Shown piece by piece: positions 16,800 to 25,973 of a stretch of DNA of 28,067 nt; positions within the stretch are counted from its first letter, which is position 1, and every line of letters starts with the position of its first letter. Made by a program: the position numbers and the translations under genes. Location: the IMG/VR virus record IMGVR_UViG_3300024258_000098, positions 1 through 28,067 of that record. The stretch is one strand, 5' to 3'. Source of the DNA: a virus. Taxonomy: Duplodnaviria > Caudoviricetes. The notes under the pieces were generated by a model that was given only the letters and a program-made list of their open reading frames with translations, was not told where the DNA came from and made no database searches.

Positions 16800-18785
16800 A
16801 TGAGTAATAAAGAACAAAGAACAAGAATAGAAGGTGTTGAGACACCAAGAACAAAATTAGGTCAATTATCTTCTGGTAGAGTACAAGAAATAAATATGCC
16901 AGTAGTTGCTTCTGCACAAAAAGTAGAAAAGTGGGGAAGTTTAATTGGTAATATTGGTAAAGGTTTAGCAAATATACAACAAGATACTGATAAAAAACAG
17001 TCAATCTTTGATACAACAGAAGGTTGGAGAGCAGGTTCAAAGAAAGTAAATGAAATTATAGAACATGCAGAAACATTAACACCAGAAGATAGAAGAACAT
17101 ATATAGATAAACAGTTTTTAGAATATGGTGAAGAATTAAAAGCAAGTGGTCAAAGTGAAAGTTATTTTAAAAGTGCTTGGAATACTTATACAAGTAAATT
17201 AGCAAATTATGATGAAAAATATATTAAAGAAGAAAGAACAATATCAAAACAAAATTATTTCACAGACTTAAATCAAAAAGCAAATGAAATGTTTGATAGT
17301 GGTGCAGGTTATGAAGAAGTAATAAGTATGTATCAAAATGGTAGATATAAAATGACAAAAAAAGAAAGTGGTTCATTGTATTTAAAAACTGCATTAGCAC
17401 ATATTAAAGAAAAACAAGAAGACAATCCTTCTTTTGACTGGAAAAATGAAGTAAAAAGATTAGTAGATATAACTACAAAAGATGGTATAGAATTAGCAAG
17501 TAATCTTGATTATTCAAATATTATTGATAATGGTATAAATTATCTACAAGGAAAACAATCACAATTAAGAAATACACAAATAGAACAAATTAAAGTATTA
17601 AAAGAACAAAATTATAAAGAAACATTAGTAAAATTATATGATGGTCAATCAAGTTTAGCAGATTTAGAACAAGATGTTATAGGTAATGCAAAAAACTTTA
17701 AGCCAGAACAATTTAAAGGGTTAATGAAAGAATTAAAAGTATTAAAAAATATTGGTAATTTTAGTGAAAGTTCTAATCCAGAAATATATTCAGCAGCAGA
17801 AAAAGTAATATTAAAAGGTAAAATGACTGACAGTGCATTTGAAGTTTTTAAATCACAATTATCAAAGAACGATTATATAAAATTAAGAGGTTTATATAAT
17901 AATGAAGAAGATAAAAAGCAAGACTTTGGTTATAAGAAATTACAAGAAGGTATAAATGATATAGAAAAAACTACTATTAACAGTTTAGTTCCAATGGATG
18001 AATTTGGTAATGTATCACAAAAAGACCAAGGTAAAATAAAATTATATAGTGAAGCATTTAATGAATATATTACAAATTATGCAATTGAAAATGGTAAAAA
18101 TCCACCATTAAGTGAAGTAAGAAAAATAAGTAATCAAATTGTAGTAGATTTAAATAAACAAGAAGAAGATAAATTACAACAACAAGAAGAAGAAGAACAA
18201 GCAATTAAAGATGCAAAAATAGAACAAGACAAAATAAATGAAGAAAATGATAAAGGTTTTATAAGTAAAACTTATGATACTGTATCTGATTTTGTTAGTG
18301 CTGATACTACAAAAACAGAAGAACAAGAAACAAAAGAGAAAGAAGATTTAACAACAGTTCAAAAAAAAATATATGAAGGTTCTATAAGTGAAGACCAAAT
18401 TAAAAAAGTTGAAGGTTTTTATAAAGAAAAAGATAAGAAGAAAAGAATTAAAGTATTAAAAGAATTAATAGATAGTGGAATAACTAATGAAGAATTAAAA
18501 ATAATTAAAGAAGATAAAGAAAAAATATTTAATTATAACAAAAGAGATGAATTAAGACAATATGAAGAAAAGACAGGTTATACAGTAGATACTTTAAAAG
18601 ATAAAAACTTAATTGATACTGATTGGGGTCCATTTGATACAAATGATATTGACTTTAAAGAATTAAATAAATTAACTGGTGAAGATTTAACAGTAGCAAT
18701 TTCTAATATATTAGAATTATTCTACAACAAAGAAATTGAATTAAGTGATGAAGATTTAGAAAAATTACAAAATAAGGGGAAATAG
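16800..18785 (+). CDS. Internal virion/ejection protein C (T7 gp15-like)
   Basis: 661 aa, helical, Cys-free, follows gp14-like gene; assigned mainly by synteny. Confidence 0.6.
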   Translation: MSNKEQRTRIEGVETPRTKLGQLSSGRVQEINMPVVASAQKVEKWGSLIGNIGKGLANIQQDTDKKQSIFDTTEGWRAGSKKVNEIIEHAETLTPEDRRTYIDKQFLEYGEELKASGQSESYFKSAWNTYTSKLANYDEKYIKEERTISKQNYFTDLNQKANEMFDSGAGYEEVISMYQNGRYKMTKKESGSLYLKTALAHIKEKQEDNPSFDWKNEVKRLVDITTKDGIELASNLDYSNIIDNGINYLQGKQSQLRNTQIEQIKVLKEQNYKETLVKLYDGQSSLADLEQDVIGNAKNFKPEQFKGLMKELKVLKNIGNFSESSNPEIYSAAEKVILKGKMTDSAFEVFKSQLSKNDYIKLRGLYNNEEDKKQDFGYKKLQEGINDIEKTTINSLVPMDEFGNVSQKDQGKIKLYSEAFNEYITNYAIENGKNPPLSEVRKISNQIVVDLNKQEEDKLQQQEEEEQAIKDAKIEQDKINEENDKGFISKTYDTVSDFVSADTTKTEEQETKEKEDLTTVQKKIYEGSISEDQIKKVEGFYKEKDKKKRIKVLKELIDSGITNEELKIIKEDKEKIFNYNKRDELRQYEEKTGYTVDTLKDKNLIDTDWGPFDTNDIDFKELNKLTGEDLTVAISNILELFYNKEIELSDEDLEKLQNKGK

Positions 18786-18787
18786 AT

Positions 18788-21670
18788 ATGGCTACATATA
18801 GTAAATTATTAAAAATAATTGCAGGTGATGATAAAAGTATAGGTAAATTATCTGCTGATGAACTTGGTGAATTAGCAGAACAATCAAAGAATAATGATAC
18901 AGAAATATATAATCTAAACAGAACTAATGAAGAATTATCAAATAAACCTATGGGTGAAATGATGATAATTAGAAACAATAATAAAATTAAAAAGTTTGAA
19001 GAAGAAAATAATAATATTAAAAATTATGGTGTTGCAGAAGAAGAAGCAGACCAAGTTGTAATGCATAATATAAGTGAAGATGCATTACAGTTTAATGAAA
19101 AAGTATTTAATAGTGAAATGCCAGCAATGTCTGTTGCTATAACTGGGAATAAAACAACACAAGGTTTTGATAAGTTTGGTGATATATCTTTAATAGGTAA
19201 TAAAAATTTAATAGACCCTAAAGATACAAATAATCAAGTATGGAATAGAGATATATATTCTACAAGAACTCCAAGTATTAGATATGAAACAAAATTAGCA
19301 TATGGAGCACCAAAAGGTATTGAAGATAAAGTTAATAACTTAATAAATGGTGGTTCAGTTAATCCACACGAAATATTACAATTAGATAAAAGTTTTAATG
19401 ATAGTTCTTTAATAAATGAATATAAAAGAGACACAGGTAAAAAAAGTATTAATGGTGAAAGTTTTAAGAAATGGTTAATAAATAAAGAACAACAACATAA
19501 GCCTACATTTAAAAAAGATGGAAAATCTTATGAAGCAACAACCGACAATGTATTAAAACATATATACGGTATTACTGGTAATAGTGCAGGAAAAACTGGT
19601 AGAAGACAAATCAATACAGAAGACGGGTTTAATGCATCACAAGCAGAAATAGCAGAAAGATATAAATCAATTGAAGCAATTAAAGATAATAAAAGTTTGT
19701 TAATGACAAAAGATGAAATGGATAAATATGTAGATGATATTGGTTATAAAGAAAAAGATTTAGCAAATGATTTAGGTTTTACTGATTATTCTGGTAGTAA
19801 ATCTTTTGATAATTTTAGAGATATGTTATATAAAGGTGATGTATTAGGAGATGAATATGGTCAAAAAGCACAAGAAATGTTTATTAATTTACAAAATGAA
19901 GTTAAAAAATCACCAAGTGAATATTTTGAAGCAATATTATTAAGAAAAGTTAAGTTAGGTGAATTCAAAGGTGCATTGATACCAGAAGGAACATCAAAAG
20001 AAACTAAACAAATACTTAAAAAAAATGGTATTAAAATAAGAGAATATAAAGAAGGTGAAAGAGGTGAAACATTAAATGCATTCACAAAAGAAAATAAAGA
20101 ATGGTTGTTAATGGCACCATTAGCATTTATGGCATTTAGTGAAGAAACACAAGCAAGTGAATTACCACAAGAAATAAAAATAGATGAAACTTTTGAACCA
20201 ATAACTGAAAATGAAATTATTAAAAAGGTTGAAACAGATATTCCTAATGATATAGAAAAACAAAAAGAAATATCAAAAGAATATGCAAAAAAATTAGCAG
20301 AAGTAAAAGAATTAGAATTATTAGATAATGAACTTATGGAAACACCAGAAACAGATAGAAACTGGTTTGAAGATATAGGTAAATCTACTGTATTAGGAAT
20401 ATTAAAAGGTACAAGAAATACTGTTGATATGGTTGTGGTTAATAGAGATACTGATATTATAGGTGATAAACTTTTAAAAGGTTTAGACTATGGTATAAGA
20501 CAATTTGATGAAGCGCAAACAATAACAGGTGAAATTACTGGTTCATTAGCACAATTTATTGGACCATTTGGTGTAGCAGGTGGTTTTAGGTCAAAGTTTT
20601 TTGCAGAAGGTATGATAAAAGGTGCAATAGTAGATATGTCTGTATGGGATAGAATAGACCCAAGATTAAGTAATCTATTATATGAAGATTTAGATTTTAA
20701 GAATGCACTATTTGATTATATGAGAACAAAAGAAGATGATACTGATTTAGAAAGTAGATTAAAAAATATGGTAGAGGGTGTAGTTCTTGGTGGAATAAGT
20801 GATACTTTAATGTTAGGTATAATAAAAACTTATAAAACAACAAAAGCAGCATTACATAAAAATTATTCACAAAATGAAGTAGATGAAATTATAAAAGGTC
20901 ATGTAGAAGTTATGGAAGAAGGAACTGATACTAAACAAGTTGAAAAAGTAGAACAATTCACTAAACAAAAAGAAGAATTAGAACAATTTGATGAAGAACA
21001 AGAACAATTACTTAAAGAATTAGAAGAAGAATTTATAGTTAAAGAAACAACAGAACAACTACCAGTAGTAAGAGAAATTGAAGAAGAATATAATGAAGGT
21101 GTTCTACAAGTTATAAACAGTAAAGAAATGGAAGTTAGACCTGATTTAAAACAAATTGAAGAAGATATTATAGATGTTGAAGTTGTTGAAAAGACTAAAC
21201 AAGTTGAATTAAAACAAGTAGAAGAATTAAAACAAATTGAATTAAAGAAAATTGAAGAAGAAGAATTAGAAACATTAGATGCAGAATTATTAGGATTACC
21301 TAAACCAAAAGAAAAAGTAGAAGTTAAAACAAAACCTACATTAAAAGGACAATTGACCGATTTAAAGAATGATAAAAAGGCAGTTGAAAAAATGTTAGAT
21401 GACCCTGATTATGTTAATATGCAAGAAGGAATACAAAGAAAATTAAATAAAATAGAAAAGGAAATAGAGGATATGGAAATAAAAGTTAAAATAAAAAAAT
21501 CAGATAAAAAGTTTGAAGAATATACAGAAGCAGAACAATTAGAGATGAAAATAAATAACAGATTAGAGAAATATTTTAATATGGAAGCAAATCCAGAAGG
21601 TTTTGCAAAAACAAAACTACCAAAATTTGAAGATTTAGGTCGAGAATGTAATATAACAGGAGGTAATTAA
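18788..21670 (+). CDS. Large internal virion protein, N-terminal part of a gp16-like protein with an added N-terminal domain
   Basis: Gly-rich hydrophobic segments (GSLAQFIGPFGVAGG, RLSNLL, ESRLKNMVEGVVLGG) as in ejection proteins; long Glu/Lys-rich linker. Confidence 0.65.
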   Translation: MATYSKLLKIIAGDDKSIGKLSADELGELAEQSKNNDTEIYNLNRTNEELSNKPMGEMMIIRNNNKIKKFEEENNNIKNYGVAEEEADQVVMHNISEDALQFNEKVFNSEMPAMSVAITGNKTTQGFDKFGDISLIGNKNLIDPKDTNNQVWNRDIYSTRTPSIRYETKLAYGAPKGIEDKVNNLINGGSVNPHEILQLDKSFNDSSLINEYKRDTGKKSINGESFKKWLINKEQQHKPTFKKDGKSYEATTDNVLKHIYGITGNSAGKTGRRQINTEDGFNASQAEIAERYKSIEAIKDNKSLLMTKDEMDKYVDDIGYKEKDLANDLGFTDYSGSKSFDNFRDMLYKGDVLGDEYGQKAQEMFINLQNEVKKSPSEYFEAILLRKVKLGEFKGALIPEGTSKETKQILKKNGIKIREYKEGERGETLNAFTKENKEWLLMAPLAFMAFSEETQASELPQEIKIDETFEPITENEIIKKVETDIPNDIEKQKEISKEYAKKLAEVKELELLDNELMETPETDRNWFEDIGKSTVLGILKGTRNTVDMVVVNRDTDIIGDKLLKGLDYGIRQFDEAQTITGEITGSLAQFIGPFGVAGGFRSKFFAEGMIKGAIVDMSVWDRIDPRLSNLLYEDLDFKNALFDYMRTKEDDTDLESRLKNMVEGVVLGGISDTLMLGIIKTYKTTKAALHKNYSQNEVDEIIKGHVEVMEEGTDTKQVEKVEQFTKQKEELEQFDEEQEQLLKELEEEFIVKETTEQLPVVREIEEEYNEGVLQVINSKEMEVRPDLKQIEEDIIDVEVVEKTKQVELKQVEELKQIELKKIEEEELETLDAELLGLPKPKEKVEVKTKPTLKGQLTDLKNDKKAVEKMLDDPDYVNMQEGIQRKLNKIEKEIEDMEIKVKIKKSDKKFEEYTEAEQLEMKINNRLEKYFNMEANPEGFAKTKLPKFEDLGRECNITGGN

Positions 21671-21672
21671 TT

Positions 21673-24600
21673 ATGATAAGTAATACATTATGTAAATTGA
21701 TGACAGGCTTTAATGTAAAGTCTGTTGAAGAATTAAGAGCATTAGATAATGCCAAGGTTAATAAAATATTAGATATTGAAGAAAAAAGATATAATTTTAT
21801 TAAAGAACATAAATTAGATGAACCTGTTGAAATGGGAAAACCAAGAGGTAAAGAAACTGACCCTAATTTTAATGCTGAAAAGTTATCTGTTGATGAAGAT
21901 ACTTTCACAGTTATTGAAAGAAGTGTTAAACAAATTGAAAAAGATTTAGGTGAAAAGTATCAAAAGAATGTAATAGATTTCACTGCACAACTTCCTAAAA
22001 ACTTAAAGAAAGCACAACCAAGATATAAAAAAATACAATTAACTTTTGAAAATGATTTTCAAAAAGCATTATATATTGTAGGTAATCCAAAAAAATCTGC
22101 AACACATTATGATGAATATCTTGACTTTTTAAAAAAGAATACTGAATTAACAGAAGATGAAATATTAAGCTCTGCAAAACAAATGAGAGATGATATGGGA
22201 AAATTGATAGGTAAAGGTGGGCCAGAAAGTTTTAAAATGGAAGACCTTAAAAATAAATGGGTTGAAGAAGCACCAGAAGAAATAGCAAATGTTTTAATAG
22301 GTAAGAAGCCACATAAGGTTGTTATGAGAGAAGCATCTGGTATTTATAATGCATTTACTAATGAAACTAAATTATCAACTAAATCAAAGGTATCACAAAT
22401 ACTTAAAGATATTAAATTAGAAAATCTTGATAGCACATTAACTGGTTTTAGAACTATTATGAATGAAAAAGGTAAAAAAGTTGAAGAATTATTAAGTATT
22501 AAAAAGATTACTGCAAAAGAAACTGATGAAATGTTAAACTTATTTTCAGACCTTGAAATTATTTCAAGAGAAACAAAAATATTACAACAAAATGTAGCAA
22601 GAGGTCTTGCTTCTGGTAATATTAAGATTGAAGATGTATTAAAAGTTCATTCAGATATAGATTATACATCAATTAAAACACCAAATATCTTTTCAAAAGA
22701 AGATAGAACTATGGAAGATGTTTATATGACTGCTGTTGAAAAGTTTAGAAAAGCAATAGGTGAAACACCTAAACAAACTGATAAACAAAGACAACAAATA
22801 ATACAACAATTATTAGACTCTAATAAAATGGAAGATATTACTATGGTCTTTAAAAATGTTAGAGAAGAAATCCATATTAAAGGTGGAACATTTAAGGATG
22901 CTGGTTTTGTTCAAAAATTAGTAGATGTATTATTAGAAAGTTTTAGAACTTCTATATTATCTGGTCCTTCTACACAAGTAGTTAATGTTGCAGGTTCAAC
23001 TATTAAATTAACAACACAAAAATTAGAAAATTGGATGACTTATGGGTTTGGTAAATTAAGTGGAAAAGGTTCTACAAAATTAAGTTATGAAGAATTAAAA
23101 GCATTAAATGATAATGAAGTATTAACACATATGGGAAAAAGTTTTAAAAACTTATCTAAAAGTGTATTAAATAAAAAAACAAGTAAAGAAAGTGAAGATA
23201 TATTAGAACAAAGTCAATTAGATAGTTATCAACAAGCAGAAAATATTATCAATAGAGCAATATCTGGTGAAACATTTGGTCTTGAAGGAACAATGTCAGG
23301 TGAAGCAATTGATAAATTAGGTAGAATTATAAGAACACCTTATCAAGTATTAGGTACAGTTGATGATGGTTTTAAAAGAGCAGCATATTCTGGAAAGATA
23401 AAACAAATTGCTATTAGAGAAAGTAAAAAATTACCAGAAGGAACTACACTTAAAGAAATAAATAAGTTCCAGAAAGATTTTGAAGAAATATATAAAAAAC
23501 TTAAAGTAGAAAAAACTACAAATATTACTGATGAAGAAAAAAAGTTCTTATTAAAACATTACAGACAAGAATTACACGAAGAAGCATTACATTATGCAAG
23601 AGTTCAAACTTTCACAGAAGATATTGTTCCAAGTGATAAAAGTTCATTAGATATTGATAATTTATTATCAGTTGTTGAAAAAGCAAGAAGTAAATACACA
23701 CCATTACAATTTGTATTACCATTCTATAAGACACCAGTTAATTTAATTAAATGGACTACAAGAAGAACACCAGGGTTAAATCTATTTTCATCTGAAATAA
23801 GAAGAAAATTAGCAGCAGGTGGTGTTGAAAGAGATGAAGTATTAGCACAAATGACTATGGGAACTATTATTTATGGAACATTTGCAAGTATGGCATTTAA
23901 TGAAGATGATACAGGTATGACTATTACTGGTGGTGTTCCATATGGACAAGAAAAAGCCTGGGAAATTGCAGGTATTCAACCTTATTCTATTAAAATAGGT
24001 GATACTTGGTATCAATACAATAGATTAGACCCTGTTGCAACTTCATTAGGACTTATGGCTGATATGGCACAATTCCACAATAAAATGATTGCAAGAGGTA
24101 AAGGTGATAGTGAAGGTTATTTAGAAGAAATAGATGAATTAGGTAATGCTATTATGTTATCTATAAGTAATAATGTTGCTTCAAAGACTTGGATGAAAGG
24201 TATTAATGATATGATGGATGCTATAAAAGGTAAAAATGATTACTTCTTTAAAAATCTTGCAACAAGTTTTGTTCCATTTGGTTCTATGGCTGGTGAAATA
24301 AACAGAGAAGATACTATGAAAGAAGCAAAAACTATGTTAGATATACTTAAAAAGAAATACACAACTGACTTAAATAGAAGTAAACTAAATGTATTTGGTG
24401 AAGAAGTAGAAGAAGATAGAAAGTGGTATGGTGTAAAACAAAAAGATAGTATGGAAATTACAAAAGGACTTAAAGAACTTATAAGATTAGAAGTAGAATT
24501 ATCACCTATCAATAATAAGTTTGAATATAAAGGGTTTGAAATTGAATTAAATGATGATGACCACCATGCAATGAGAAGATTGTTAGATACAAAATTCAAC

Positions 24601-24864
24601 TTGAGAGATAAATTAGAAAGATTAGTTAATAGTCCTTCTTATAGAAAATTAAGAAAAGATGGTATAAGTGAAGCAGTTAAGGGAACAAAGAAACAAATGA
24701 TAAGTAGAACTATATCTAAACATAAATCAGATGTTAAGAATTACTTTATTAAACAAAATCCAGAACTGATAGAACAATATAAACAACAAAAAGAAAAAGA
24801 TATGAGTGAAATGAACTTAAAACAAGATGATTTCATTAACAAATATTTCAAAGGGGGGTATTAA
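21673..24864 (+). CDS. Large internal virion protein, C-terminal part of a gp16-like protein
   Basis: SILSGPSTQVVN, DDGFK, ARVQTFT, PFYKTPVN, ITGG, GIQPYSIKIGDTWYQYNRLDP, KTWMKGI motifs typical of podophage internal virion protein D. Confidence 0.75.
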   Translation: MISNTLCKLMTGFNVKSVEELRALDNAKVNKILDIEEKRYNFIKEHKLDEPVEMGKPRGKETDPNFNAEKLSVDEDTFTVIERSVKQIEKDLGEKYQKNVIDFTAQLPKNLKKAQPRYKKIQLTFENDFQKALYIVGNPKKSATHYDEYLDFLKKNTELTEDEILSSAKQMRDDMGKLIGKGGPESFKMEDLKNKWVEEAPEEIANVLIGKKPHKVVMREASGIYNAFTNETKLSTKSKVSQILKDIKLENLDSTLTGFRTIMNEKGKKVEELLSIKKITAKETDEMLNLFSDLEIISRETKILQQNVARGLASGNIKIEDVLKVHSDIDYTSIKTPNIFSKEDRTMEDVYMTAVEKFRKAIGETPKQTDKQRQQIIQQLLDSNKMEDITMVFKNVREEIHIKGGTFKDAGFVQKLVDVLLESFRTSILSGPSTQVVNVAGSTIKLTTQKLENWMTYGFGKLSGKGSTKLSYEELKALNDNEVLTHMGKSFKNLSKSVLNKKTSKESEDILEQSQLDSYQQAENIINRAISGETFGLEGTMSGEAIDKLGRIIRTPYQVLGTVDDGFKRAAYSGKIKQIAIRESKKLPEGTTLKEINKFQKDFEEIYKKLKVEKTTNITDEEKKFLLKHYRQELHEEALHYARVQTFTEDIVPSDKSSLDIDNLLSVVEKARSKYTPLQFVLPFYKTPVNLIKWTTRRTPGLNLFSSEIRRKLAAGGVERDEVLAQMTMGTIIYGTFASMAFNEDDTGMTITGGVPYGQEKAWEIAGIQPYSIKIGDTWYQYNRLDPVATSLGLMADMAQFHNKMIARGKGDSEGYLEEIDELGNAIMLSISNNVASKTWMKGINDMMDAIKGKNDYFFKNLATSFVPFGSMAGEINREDTMKEAKTMLDILKKKYTTDLNRSKLNVFGEEVEEDRKWYGVKQKDSMEITKGLKELIRLEVELSPINNKFEYKGFEIELNDDDHHAMRRLLDTKFNLRDKLERLVNSPSYRKLRKDGISEAVKGTKKQMISRTISKHKSDVKNYFIKQNPELIEQYKQQKEKDMSEMNLKQDDFINKYFKGGY

Positions 24865-24865
24865 A

Positions 24866-25459
24866 ATGAATAAGATACAAGAATTATTTAAAAATGTAAA
24901 TATAGAAGACTATGATTTTGATTATGACAGTTTTGTAGAAACAAATAGGAAGTATGAAGGTGGTAAAACACCTAATACTTTCCATATACCTATGCAAAAA
25001 GGTAAAGTTATGGGTAAATCAGGTTTGACTAATAGAGAAGGTATAGATTTTGGACAACAATCTAAATCTACCTTAAAAGAATGGGGTGTAAATGACTACT
25101 TAATACAAAAAGTAGAACATACATTAGGTGTTAGAGGTAATGATGCAAAAAACTTAACAGCAGACTTAACAGAAGATGAAAGTAAAGAAATATCAAAAGC
25201 ATATATTAAACATTCAGATAAACAATTATCAGATATGTTTGATACTTATAAAAATGCTGACCCTATAATTAAACAAGAACTTATACAATTAAGAACACAT
25301 AATTATAGATTAGGTTCAAAAGTGGCTGGTGTTTTAAATAAAGAATGGAAAAGTCAAAAAAGTCTTGCCAAAGCACTTGGAAATGCAATTAAAGCAACAA
25401 AGAAAGGTAATCCTAATAGAATTGCCAGAACAATAAAAAGATTAGAGGAAATACAATGA
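24866..25459 (+). CDS. Pesticin-type (T4-lysozyme-like) muramidase; start revised from 24827
   Basis: YEGG..FHIP..KSGLTNREGIDFGQQ..LGVRG pattern; AAGGGGGG RBS 7 nt before ATG 24866. Confidence 0.75.
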   Translation: MNKIQELFKNVNIEDYDFDYDSFVETNRKYEGGKTPNTFHIPMQKGKVMGKSGLTNREGIDFGQQSKSTLKEWGVNDYLIQKVEHTLGVRGNDAKNLTADLTEDESKEISKAYIKHSDKQLSDMFDTYKNADPIIKQELIQLRTHNYRLGSKVAGVLNKEWKSQKSLAKALGNAIKATKKGNPNRIARTIKRLEEIQ

Positions 25460-25695
25460 AACAAACATTAATGGATTTTTCAGAAGATGAGGTGAAAACA
25501 TTAGAACAAATGTTTTCTAAACCAAAACCAAAAGTAAAAAAAAGAACAAAAAAAGTTAAAATACAAGAAATAGAAGAAAGATTTTTAAAAAACTTTCCAA
25601 ATGTAGATAGAAGCAAATTAAAATTACATCCAACACAAACTGGAGTAGAGTTCTTTATTGATGGAAGGTTGATATATAAAGAGGAAATAAAATAA
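25456..25695 (+). CDS. Hypothetical protein
   Basis: 79 aa, AGAGGA RBS, ATGA overlap with the upstream gene and TAATG overlap with the downstream gene. Confidence 0.7.
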   Translation: MKQTLMDFSEDEVKTLEQMFSKPKPKVKKRTKKVKIQEIEERFLKNFPNVDRSKLKLHPTQTGVEFFIDGRLIYKEEIK

Positions 25696-25961
25696 TGAAA
25701 AAAGCAACATTAAATGATTTAGATGTTATACATAAGTTAATGTCTGATTATTTCACAGCAAGGTTAAAGTCAGGTGAAGAATTATCACCTGGCGAATTAG
25801 GTCAAATCAATTCTTTCTTAAAGAATAATAGTGTTGTTTGTGCAATGGATGTAGAAGATACACCTATGTTAAACTTATTAGAAGACTTTAAGACATTAGA
25901 TTTAGAAATGCATAATGGTGAATTATTAGAAGTTAAGTCAATACCATTAAAAAAAAATTAA
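25695..25961 (+). CDS. terS: Terminase small subunit (T7 gp18-like)
   Basis: ATLNDLDVIH..RLKSGE..FLKNN pattern; directly upstream of the large terminase. Confidence 0.8.
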   Translation: MKKATLNDLDVIHKLMSDYFTARLKSGEELSPGELGQINSFLKNNSVVCAMDVEDTPMLNLLEDFKTLDLEMHNGELLEVKSIPLKKN

Positions 25962-25973
25962 TAGGAAAAACAG

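Noticed and set aside
21180-21270. KQVEL/KQIEL quasi-repeats
   Set aside because: Low-complexity coiled-coil linker with no sign of a separate function.
24853-24858. Classical phase-variable poly-G tract
   Set aside because: Only 6 G, shorter than typical contingency tracts, and adequately explained as an RBS.
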